DNA of 64,000 nucleotides. Source: Candidatus Latescibacterota bacterium (GTDB lineage Bacteria; Latescibacterota; UBA2968; UBA8231). The position numbers and the translations under genes were made by a program. The notes under the pieces were generated by a model. It had not been told where the DNA came from. It worked only from the letters and a program-made list of their open reading frames with translations, and searched no databases. Of this stretch, positions 31,285-40,432 are shown one piece after another. Position 1 is the stretch's first letter. Each line of letters opens with the position of its first letter. The stretch covers positions 2,336,001 to 2,400,000 of the forward strand of contig OZ244561.1 in NCBI GenBank assembly GCA_965217585.1, read 5' to 3'.

Positions 31285-34200
31285 CTACTCGAGGTAGAGC
31301 ATGCGCCGGGTATGCACGCCGCCCGGATAGTGCAGGCGCGTGAAGTAAATCCCCGTGGCCACGCTCCGAGCCGCGGCGTCGCGGACGTCCCAGCGCACCC
31401 GGTAGGTGCCGGCCTTCTGCACCTCGTCCACGAGGGTGCGTATGCGCTGCCCGAGGATGTTGTAGATGACCAAGCGCACGGGTCCGGGCGCATCGAGTCG
31501 GTAGAGGATGACGGTGTTGCCGTTGAAGGGGTTGGGCGCGTTGGGCGCCAGGCCCGGCGGCCCGTCCGCGACCGCCGGCTTGGACGACGACTTGATTTTT
31601 TTGACCGTCAGCTCGTAGTAGCCCCACTCGAACGACTCGCCGCTCGCCGCGATGTAATAGGTGCCACCGGCATGGGCGTGAAACGTCACCCGGAACAGGT
31701 GGTGGGAGATTGATTCGTCGCGGGACCGCGTGTTGACAAGGGACTCCCCGTCCGCATCGTAGATCGCGTTGATCTGCGGGAGGCGCAGGGTGAGATCGTT
31801 GGTGGGAATCGCGCCCTTCATGTCGATCCGGTAGGTCCGGCCCTTCTTCAGCTCCACCGCGAACCAGTCGGTGTCGAACTCGTAACCATCTACGTCGTTG
31901 CCGCCTGTTCTTTCCACGAAGATCGGTTTGTAGATGGTGCTCCTGGCCCCGTCCCCGCCCACCTCAACCATGCTGGTGGTGGTCGTGTTGGCGGGCAGGT
32001 CCTCCACGTCCACCACGACGAAGATGTAGCCACGGTGGTCGTGGTCCCCTAACGGCCCGGCCAGAGACGGCTGGGTGGAGATCTCCCCGGTCACCGGCTC
32101 GGTCGATATCCCGGTGACGGTGACCACCGTGCCCTCGACCTTGCCGGCCTCCACCGTGAACACCCTCTCGCCGCCAGCGATCGTCACCGGGATAGCGACC
32201 TTGAGCGGCGCCCCCGCCAGCACCTTCGCCAGCACCTGATTGGGCCCCACATGCTCCAGGGTCACGGAAAGCGGCAGCAGATCGTCGGGGTCGGGGTTGT
32301 GGCGCAGGTCGAGAAGGAGCAGCTCCTCCAGGCCGGAGAACACGCCGTCGGGAAGCGACGTCAGATCGTTGTTGTGCAGATCGAGCAGCCCCAGCTCCTC
32401 CAGGCCGGAGAACACGCCGGCGGGAAGCGACGTCAGAGCGTTGTCTCTCAGCAAGAGGTTCTTCAGCTTCGTCAGGCCGGAGAACACGCCGGCGGGAAGC
32501 GACGTCAGAGCGTTGTCGTGCAGCCAGAGCGTCTTCAGCTTCGTCAGGCCGGAGAACACGCCGGCGGGAAGCGACGTCAGAGCGTTCTCTCTCAGCAAGA
32601 GCTCCTCCAGCTTCGTCAGGCCGGAGAACACGCCAGCGGGAAGCGACGTCAGACCGTTGTTGTACAGACGGAGCAGCTTCAGCGCCTCCAGGTCGGAGAA
32701 CACATCGGCAGGAAGCGACGTCAGAGCGTTGTTGTGCAGCCAGAGCTCCTCCAGCTCCGTCAGGCCGGAGAACACGCCGGCGGGAAGAAGCGACGTCAGA
32801 GCGTTGTTCAGCCTGAGCTTCTCTAGCGCCGTCAGGTCGGAGAACACGCCGGCGGGAAGCGACGTCAGAGCGTTGTCGTACAGCCAGAGCAGCTTCAGCT
32901 TCGTCAGGCCGGAGAACACGCCGGCGGGAAGCGACGTCAGAGCGTTGTCGTACAGATAGAGGCTCTCTAGCGCCGTCAGGTCGGAGAACACGTCAGCGGG
33001 AAGCGCGCTGAGCGTGTTGCGGCTCAGACTGAGGAACGTCAGCGCCGTCAGGCCGGAGAACACGCCGGCGGGAAGCGCGCTGAGCGTGTTGCCGCTCAGA
33101 TTGAGGCTCTCTAGCGCCGTCAGGTCGGAGAACACGTCGGCGTCAGGAAGCGTGCTGAGCGCGTTGCCGCTCAGACTGAGGTACGTCAGCGCCGTCAGGC
33201 CGGAGAACACGTCAGCGCGAAGCGACGTCAGATCGTTGTCGTGCAGATCGAGGCTCTTCAGCGCGTCCAGGTCGGAGAACACGCCGGCGGGAAGCGACGT
33301 CAGATCGTTGTCGTTCAGCCAGAGCTTATCTAGCGCCGTCAGGCCGGAGAAATCACCCGGCTTCAAGGACTGGATGTTATCATCCTCGAGATTGAAAGTA
33401 CCCGTCACGCTGGCCAGTTGCGTTGTCGTCACCTCGGCGCAGTCCGACACGCCGACGATTGCAGCCATGATCGCGTCCCGCACCTGAGCGGTGCGATCGC
33501 AGATGCTGGACAGCTGCCGCGTTCCACCGCCGGGCGCGCCGACGGGATCGTCCTCCCCGTCCGGGTCGGCCGGGTCGTCGGCTTCGACGAAAGTCGACTG
33601 CGGCGCGGCCGGCGTGGCGACGTGGAACCAGCGGGAGCGTTCGCTCACCCCGTGCGCGTTGATCGCCTTGATCCGGTAGGTATACGTCGTGCTTGCAGCC
33701 ACCGTGTCGTCGGTGTACGTCGTCGCCGCCGTGCCCGTATCCGGCACCAGTTCACTGAACTCGCCCCCTTGATCGTTCACGCGCACGCGCCGCAAGATCA
33801 CGTAGCCGGTGATGCTGGCGTCGCCAGGGTCGGCCCAGGTGAGCACCACCTGGCCGAGCGTCGCCGTGGCGGACAGCCCCGTGGGCTGGGCGGGTACGGG
33901 CGCCGCCGGCGTGTCGACGTGGAACCAGAGGGAGCGCTCGCTCACCCCGTACGCGTTGATCGCCTTGATCCGGTAGGTATACGTCGTGCTTGCAGCCACC
34001 GTGTCGTCGGTGTAGGTCGTCGCCGCCGAACCCGTGTCCGCTACCAGCTCATCGAAGTGGCCCTTCTCGTCGGTATCCCGGTTGCGCCGCAAGATCACGT
34101 AGCCGGTGATGCTGTCGTCGTCAGGATCATCCCAAGTCAGGGTTATGGCATCGTGGGACGCCGTGGCGGACAGCCCCGTGGGCTGGGCGGGTGCGGAGTC

Positions 34201-34290
34201 CTCCTGCGCCTGCACTGGTGAGCAGAGCAGGGCCAGCGCCGCGATGGCGGCGAACAGAACGGGGAATCGTCGTCTATCGGTGCGAGTCAT
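31285..34290 (-). CDS. Secreted eukaryote-like protein: 2x FN3, about 15 LRR, PPC-like domain, FlgD/T9SS-type C-terminal domain
   Basis: AGGAGG before ATG 34290; signal peptide; FN3 (LTWDDP..ITGY..YRIKA); 24-aa LRRs; NPFN...IYNILGQ...WD...GIYF. Confidence 0.9.
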   Translation of the reverse strand: MTRTDRRRFPVLFAAIAALALLCSPVQAQEDSAPAQPTGLSATASHDAITLTWDDPDDDSITGYVILRRNRDTDEKGHFDELVADTGSAATTYTDDTVAASTTYTYRIKAINAYGVSERSLWFHVDTPAAPVPAQPTGLSATATLGQVVLTWADPGDASITGYVILRRVRVNDQGGEFSELVPDTGTAATTYTDDTVAASTTYTYRIKAINAHGVSERSRWFHVATPAAPQSTFVEADDPADPDGEDDPVGAPGGGTRQLSSICDRTAQVRDAIMAAIVGVSDCAEVTTTQLASVTGTFNLEDDNIQSLKPGDFSGLTALDKLWLNDNDLTSLPAGVFSDLDALKSLDLHDNDLTSLRADVFSGLTALTYLSLSGNALSTLPDADVFSDLTALESLNLSGNTLSALPAGVFSGLTALTFLSLSRNTLSALPADVFSDLTALESLYLYDNALTSLPAGVFSGLTKLKLLWLYDNALTSLPAGVFSDLTALEKLRLNNALTSLLPAGVFSGLTELEELWLHNNALTSLPADVFSDLEALKLLRLYNNGLTSLPAGVFSGLTKLEELLLRENALTSLPAGVFSGLTKLKTLWLHDNALTSLPAGVFSGLTKLKNLLLRDNALTSLPAGVFSGLEELGLLDLHNNDLTSLPDGVFSGLEELLLLDLRHNPDPDDLLPLSVTLEHVGPNQVLAKVLAGAPLKVAIPVTIAGGERVFTVEAGKVEGTVVTVTGISTEPVTGEISTQPSLAGPLGDHDHRGYIFVVVDVEDLPANTTTTSMVEVGGDGARSTIYKPIFVERTGGNDVDGYEFDTDWFAVELKKGRTYRIDMKGAIPTNDLTLRLPQINAIYDADGESLVNTRSRDESISHHLFRVTFHAHAGGTYYIAASGESFEWGYYELTVKKIKSSSKPAVADGPPGLAPNAPNPFNGNTVILYRLDAPGPVRLVIYNILGQRIRTLVDEVQKAGTYRVRWDVRDAAARSVATGIYFTRLHYPGGVHTRRMLYLE
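32296..33400 (-). repeat. Tandem coding repeats of about 72 bp (LRR units)
   Basis: Recurring cggagaacacgccggcgggaagcgacgtcagagcgtt, about 15 units. Confidence 0.95.
33600..34195 (-). repeat. 297-bp tandem duplication (two FN3 domains)
   Basis: gccgtggcggacagccccgtgggctgggcgggt at 33863 and 34160; long identical stretches. Confidence 0.9.
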
Positions 34291-34603
34291 GGTCGTTCCT
34301 CCTTGTGCTTGTGGGGGGGTATGGGACGCCGGAGCGATAGCGAGAAACCGAGTGCTCAGCCGCTGAGGCCGGCGCAGACTCCGGTGCGTGGATAGCGGTC
34401 TCATGATTCTCCTCCGTTTGGATAGTGAACGTGTTCGGGCAGGCGCAAAAAGAAAGGGCGAACGTCTGTAAATAAGGAACAAACGTTCATATCAGGTCGC
34501 ACAACCAAGGCGACCTCCAGCCCATCGGACCTCGACCAAGAACCGAGCAGGCGCGGCCAAACAGACGTTGGCCGCAGTATGGAAAGAGTGGGTCTTAGAG
34601 AAT

Positions 34604-34619
34604 GGGGGGGGGGGGGGGG
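34604..34619. repeat. G16 homopolymer
   Basis: 16 consecutive G, about 310 bp upstream of the LRR gene start. Confidence 0.9.
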
Positions 34620-34827
34620 TAAACTACTGTTTTTGAACGACTTATGAAATTATATCTGTCGTCCAAAGCTCGGGGCCGGACGCTACATAGGGCCACAGCA
34701 CCAAGCGCTGTCCTATCAGATGACGGGGTATGTACCATTATTTTCGGCCAATATGAATATGCAAATGTCTGCGGTCACTAAAATGCAAACGATTAGGGGG
34801 AAGTCAAGCACGCAGCACAATTTCAGA

Positions 34828-37194
34828 TCAGTAAACTACTGAGACCAACTCGGCAGCCAGCTCGGTGCTCCCATCCCCTTTGACCTTCAACCGCGCTATA
34901 TAATTGCCCGGCGGCACTTGCCCTCCCGTCCCGGTGCGCCCGTCCCACGCCAACCGCAGCGGTCCGGCCATGCCCATCGACTCTACCCCGGCCACGCGCC
35001 GTCCCGCCAAATCGAAAATCTCCAGCTGCACGGGCCGCGCTGTCAAAACATCGACCAGATCCAGTGCGACGACCAACTCGTCGTTGACCCCGTCGCCGTT
35101 GGGCGTCAACACGCTGGGGGCAATGGACATATTGGCCCACAAGGATCGACCCAGCGGCAAGCGCACCACATTGGTGCTGCTTTCCACCAACTCCGCAGCA
35201 TCCCCTGGTTCGACCCGCTGGCGCACGGGCTCGGCCAGACGACTGTCCTCCAGGAACAGCTCAAAGCGAGTGGCGTCGAGGAATATGGCCGCGGCAAAAT
35301 CCACTTCCACCAACTGCCCCGAGCGCACTGGCTGCGGCAATTGCACGGCAAAACCATCCTCCACCGCGGCCACTGCCGCTTCCCGCACCACCCCATCCAC
35401 CCGCACCTGGTCGAACTGCAAATCCGTCGAGGCCTGCACCAATAGTCGGTCAAAGCCGTTGCGCGTGCGCACGGGCCGCACATAGTAGGTGAAAATCTCC
35501 TGCCGGCCCGGTTGCACCAGCACGGGTGCCAGTTCCGCGGCCACCTGCTGGGCCAGGGGCTCGGAAAAATTCAGCACCACCCAATCCAGCAGCGCCCCCA
35601 CCGCCGGATCGCCGGATACCAGCCGCCCTTCCAGCTGCACATAGCGCCGCATGGAGGGCGACTGGAAGGGCTGGTCCGGCTCCAAGTACACCGGACTCCA
35701 CGGACTCCAATCCGCCCCTGGCACAAAGACCGTGTCAATGGGCCCGCGAAAAGAGGGGATGCGCCGCTCCCACTGCCGCTGAGTGATTTCCTTGCCCTCT
35801 GGATTGCGGTATATCACCTCGGTGTCGAGCGTATTGCCCGAGCGGCTGCGCAGCTCCAGATGCGTGCCCCCCGGGGCCTGACCGCCCCAGCGCAAGGCAT
35901 TGATATTCTTCTGTCCCTGTAAATCCAAAATGGGCGAGCGCAGATCTACCTGGACCGGCACGCCGCGGCCAAAGACCTGGAGTTCGGAGATAGTACCAGA
36001 AGCTCCGCAGCCGCGCGCAGCCGCGCCGCCGAACTCGTCGCCGCAGTTGGCGTCCCACGTCTTCCATCTGATGCGCACAAAGCGGACCGGTAGACTGGTA
36101 AAACGGTGATCGGCCAAGCCCTGTACCCGGTTGAGCTGGCCGCCCCAACCGGAGAAGTGCTTGGTCCAGAGCAGCGAGCCGTCCGGGGCCCGCGAACCGT
36201 CCGAGGTCAATACCTCGTAGAAATTGAACGAGAATCCGCGGTACTGGCGGGAAAAGGTGATCAGCCGCACCTGGTCGACCCAGTAAACAGCCCCCAGATC
36301 CAGGGTGATCTGGGCAATCACATCGGCATCGGCCCGGGTCGCCCGGATATTAGACCAGACTGTGCTGATGCGGCCGTCCATCAACTGCAGGGCATTGGCC
36401 AGATTCGGGGTATCGGGCTTCTTGGTATCGACCCCCACGACAATGTCCACGCTGCCGCCTCGCTTGATGGCCCCTTGTACCAGATTGTCGCCAAAGGCCT
36501 CCACCTCGATCTCGACCAGTCGCGCCTCGGGTGCCGCTTTCAGGACCTCTACCCGCACGAAGTGCACTGGGAAGGGCTCGTCCGGGTTCAATTCATAGGT
36601 GATCCGGCGGCGGCGGTCCTCGGTAAAGCGCTCTTTAATCCGGTACGCCAGGGTGCCTTCTATCTGCGTGCGGGTCTCGTCGCGGAACTGTTCGCCGGTG
36701 GACAGCAGCAGATCGAAAATCTCAAAGGGAGGCCCTCGCGCGGAAAAAACCAGATGCACCCGGTGGGCCGAAACCACCCGGCCCAGATCCACTTCGACAA
36801 ACCAGTCCTCGACCCTCTCGTCCAAATCCGGACCCCAGCCTGTGTCCCCGTCCCCGTCCAGCACCCCCGGTGCCTCTAGGGCATTGGAACCCACCCGGCT
36901 GATCCCCCCGCCAAAGGCCACCGCGTCCAGGGCCGCATTGTTGTTCTGGCGCACCGCCACCGGCCGAATGATCCCCTCTCGCGTCAGCTCCACCGCCCCC
37001 AGGGGCAACTCCCACTGGCGCCACTGGGCCGCTGTTGCAAAGCGCAACTCGTCGCCGGCACCCTTTTGCCAAGGGGCCAACAGAATGCCGATGGCGAGCA
37101 AAAACGCCCGGCCTGAATCCATCGCCGCACGACGGAAAATGCCCCCACTCGCCGCCGCATCCCGGCGGATTTCTACTCCCTGCTCCATCGACAC
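34828..37194 (-). CDS. Secreted protein with discoidin-like (F5/8) domains and C-terminal FlgD Ig-like domain
   Basis: VLDGDGDTGW..VEVDLG and LMDGRISTVW..ITLDLG; C-terminal TPNGDGVND..IFDLAGRRV..WDGR..VPPGNY; start uncertain. Confidence 0.72.
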   Translation of the reverse strand: MSMEQGVEIRRDAAASGGIFRRAAMDSGRAFLLAIGILLAPWQKGAGDELRFATAAQWRQWELPLGAVELTREGIIRPVAVRQNNNAALDAVAFGGGISRVGSNALEAPGVLDGDGDTGWGPDLDERVEDWFVEVDLGRVVSAHRVHLVFSARGPPFEIFDLLLSTGEQFRDETRTQIEGTLAYRIKERFTEDRRRRITYELNPDEPFPVHFVRVEVLKAAPEARLVEIEVEAFGDNLVQGAIKRGGSVDIVVGVDTKKPDTPNLANALQLMDGRISTVWSNIRATRADADVIAQITLDLGAVYWVDQVRLITFSRQYRGFSFNFYEVLTSDGSRAPDGSLLWTKHFSGWGGQLNRVQGLADHRFTSLPVRFVRIRWKTWDANCGDEFGGAAARGCGASGTISELQVFGRGVPVQVDLRSPILDLQGQKNINALRWGGQAPGGTHLELRSRSGNTLDTEVIYRNPEGKEITQRQWERRIPSFRGPIDTVFVPGADWSPWSPVYLEPDQPFQSPSMRRYVQLEGRLVSGDPAVGALLDWVVLNFSEPLAQQVAAELAPVLVQPGRQEIFTYYVRPVRTRNGFDRLLVQASTDLQFDQVRVDGVVREAAVAAVEDGFAVQLPQPVRSGQLVEVDFAAAIFLDATRFELFLEDSRLAEPVRQRVEPGDAAELVESSTNVVRLPLGRSLWANMSIAPSVLTPNGDGVNDELVVALDLVDVLTARPVQLEIFDLAGRRVAGVESMGMAGPLRLAWDGRTGTGGQVPPGNYIARLKVKGDGSTELAAELVSVVY

Positions 37195-37235
37195 CCGCTT
37201 CCCCTTTGACAGAGTTTGTGGACATTTATACTAAT

Positions 37236-37256
37236 AAAAAGCGACGCATGCGTCGC
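37236..37256 (-). terminator. Intrinsic terminator of the sigma/RNAP-like operon
   Basis: Perfect palindrome GCGACGCATGCGTCGC (37241-37256) followed by TTTTT on the minus strand, 2 nt after the stop at 37259. Confidence 0.75.
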
Positions 37257-37258
37257 CC

Positions 37259-40200
37259 CTAGGCCGGCAGCCCTGCAAAGAGCCGGCTGAACAGGCTGGT
37301 CAAGGGCTCGGTCTCGCCGCGCTCGGCCGCCCTAGCAAAGACTACGCCCGGCTGCGCCGCCCTAGCGGCCCGGCCCAAAATGTGGTAATCGGCCCGGCTA
37401 GGCCGCTGGGCCGCTTCCCGCGCCTCGGTCCAGCCCTGGTTGGTGGCGGCCAAACCCCATAGGGCACGCGGTGCCCGCACCTTGGCCTCCTCCACCGACA
37501 GGCCGTCGCGCCAACAACCGCGCTGAGCGAATAGACTACCATCTTCCCGATAGATCAGCCCGCCGCCCACGTATTGGATCAACTGCTGTTGGTTGCCCCG
37601 CGCCCCCGACAGCGCTAACAGGGCTAGGGGCCCCAAGTCGTTGTCGTCGAAATCGGCCTGCTGGTGGAAAGCCGCCACTAATTCGTCGCTGTACATTTGC
37701 CACTCGTCCCAATCGATCTCTGCGGGCTGCTCGGGCCACTCCTTGCCCGAACCGAGGAAGGGGTTGAAGGAGGCTCCAGACTGCTTGCAGACCTCAAAAC
37801 CGCGCCGCGTCAGTCGGTCGAGTACCTCCAGCGCTCGCTCCAAACCCTCGCGCTGCAGCACCTGGACTAGCAAGCGGTTGAGATCGCGCTTGGCGAACAG
37901 CCGGCTGCCATCCACGGCCACTCCGATCAGCCCCTCCACTTCAGCGCGACCTTCCTCCGTGCGGCACAGCCGCGCCAAACCCCATATCATGCCGTGGTAG
38001 TTGTCGGCCACGTAGCGCCATACATCCGCATCGCGCTGTATGTGTCCGGCCACCGACAGCGCGGTCTCGGCTTCGGCCTGGGCTTCCTCAGTGAGGGGCA
38101 AAAACACCTCTATCTGATCGCCATCGAAATCTAGCTCCATCAGTCGGCAAACGCGCGGATGGACGCGCACTGCGGCCCCGGCCAAACGCTGCGGACGAAA
38201 GGCCACCATCGCGGTGGGCGGCACGTGGAACACCGGGCCGTGGCCCTCGTCCACCAGCACCCGCTGGGCGCTGTATAGCAGCACCCACGAGCGTGCCATG
38301 ATCGCGTCCAGAACCTCAGCCGCTCGGGCCGAACGCCGCGCCACTTCCTCGGCGCGATCCATCTCCCGCTCTACCTGAGGCGCGAACAAAGCCCAGGCCA
38401 TTTCCTCGGGCAGGCCCACTTGGTCGAGATTCAACTCAAAACCCGAGGCAAGCGCGGCCCGGCCGCTAAACAGCGGCCTAGCCCGGAAGTGGAGGTGCTC
38501 CGGGCGCAACAACGCAGAAAAAAGATCCTCCACCCGTTGGGCCACCTGGGCCACCGCCGGTCTGACTAGGGCCTCGGGCGCTTCGCTATCGACGATGCGC
38601 TGCAAGCGCGTATTGGCTTCGACCAAATCCTCGAAGCAGCCTCGGATTGGGTCGAACTCGGTCCCCACTGGCAAAGCAACGGGGGATCCCACCGTCCCCA
38701 CTTGGCGTCCTGGGGCCCACGGATGTGGCACTGGGCGGGCCAAGGTCAGCCCCTCGGACTCGGCGAAGGAAAAGCGCAACTCCGCGCTCGCCAACTCGGC
38801 CCGTATCCCGGCCATACCCAGTAGCTGCTGCAACAAGGCAAAGCGCGGGGACGGGGGCGGGGACGGGGATACCGGACCGGTGGCCAAGCACTGGCCCAGC
38901 GCATTGGCGTCGGGCCGCTCGGCCGCGGCCGTGTTGAACAAAGCGTGGATATTGGCTACGGCCCCGGCCTCGCGCAAAGCACCGTAGGCCATCATGTCGA
39001 TTTCCGGTCCGCCGGCTCCTGCCACCGCGGTTTCCAAGCGCTCGGCCGCGGTGTGGGTCAGGCGGCCCCAGTACACCCAACCCACAGTACTGCGATAAGG
39101 CAGCTCCTCGCCTTTGAGGGTCAGTTGCTCCATGCCGTCTTCGGGCAGTCCCGCCTCGACTAGACGCGCTTTCAACATCTCTTCACTGGGTGCCTGAAAA
39201 GGTGGCACCACCGCCGGGTGCCCGGCGGCCTGGGCGAGGCGACCCATGACCGCCTCGCGCTGCTGGCCGAAATTGAGCCGCGAGACCATACTGGTGGGAC
39301 TGAAGATGAGTTCTATCGGCGCACCATCGGGCAACTGCGGCATGTCGGCGTCGGGCAGGATGCGCGTCACCACCCCTTTGGCACCGTGGCGGTTGCTCAT
39401 GCGGTCGCCCACCCCCACTGCGGCGGGAAAATCCATCCGCGCCGCGGCCGACTCGCTAATGACTAAGCCATCCTCAAACGTGTCCCCATCCCACATGATG
39501 AAGGCGGTCAACAGATTGTAGCCACCCCAAAAGTCGACGGCCCCAGGCTCGTATCCCGTCTGCACTAGGGCCGGCTCGGGTTTGTGGCCCTTGGAGGCCA
39601 AGCGTTGGTCGTACTGCTGGCGGAACCAACCCGTGGAGTGGATCGGTGCCGCTGTATCGGCTGCGCTCGTCCACTGGCGCATCATATTGATGCCCATCAG
39701 GGCGCGATTGGTATCGTCGTGTTCGAGAAAGGGCACCATGGAGGCCGAAAAACCCAAGATGCTGTCGGGCGCTTTGTCGATTCGTTCGAGCTTGCCGTCG
39801 CGGATGCGGGCACCGCGGGCCACTTCCAGCACTCGGCCGATATTGGGCCCTTCGGGGGTGCAGTAGGGGCACACTAGGCCGTATTGGCTGTAGGAGAAAA
39901 CGTCTTGGTCGTCAAAAGGCTCGACGACGACGGGGATCAAAGTCAGCCGCCGCAGATGGGTATAGCGGTCCAGCCAGTTGGTCGCCTGTAGATACTGCGA
40001 AGTTTCCTCCAAGTGGAAGTCGCGCAGCCAGGCGTCCAGCGGCAGCCAGTTGCGCACCAAGTCGCCATCCCAAGCCAACTGCTCGGGGGCCGCCTCCAAC
40101 CTTTGGTCAATAAAGTCGTAGAGCTGCTCGCCCACGCACAGAATCCGCGCTTGGTCGAGTTCGCGCCGGTCGGGATAGGGGACCACGACCCGGTAGTTGC

Positions 40201-40432
40201 CTTCAATGTGGAAAAGGCCATCGCGGTCGGGCCGAGGCAAATCCCGGTACTCAACCTCGACCGAGGCATCGCCGAGTCCCAAGCTCAGTTTAATGGAAAA
40301 AGTATAAGAGTCCTGTTGTTCGACTTGATAGTCGGCCAGCGGCAAGCGCTCGCCCAAAAGCCGGGGCAGTCGCTGGTGGACGAAAAGGTCAAAAGATTCC
40401 CTATGCCAAGGTACGTCGAGATTCAATGTCAT
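37259..40432 (-). CDS. Single-chain minimised RNA polymerase beta/beta' fusion-like protein (1057 aa)
   Basis: Collinear RpoB motifs ([45 protein letters not shown]) then RpoC motifs (FSGR..[23 protein letters not shown]); uninterrupted ORF. Confidence 0.9.
   Translation of the reverse strand: [1057 protein letters not shown]

Noticed and set aside
32296-33400. 72-bp periodic repeats as a CRISPR array
   Set aside because: In-frame LRR coding repeats without unique spacers; no cas genes
32240-33487. Long plus-strand ORFs with RPENTPAGSDV repeats
   Set aside because: Antisense shadows of the LRR gene
37259-40432. Calling this the housekeeping rpoB/rpoC or a simple pseudogene
   Set aside because: Far too short and divergent for the housekeeping enzyme and not in the rplL-rpoBC context. 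A pseudogene is unlikely because the ORF is uninterrupted, the deletions remove whole peripheral domains, and the catalytic Asp residues and operon signals remain.
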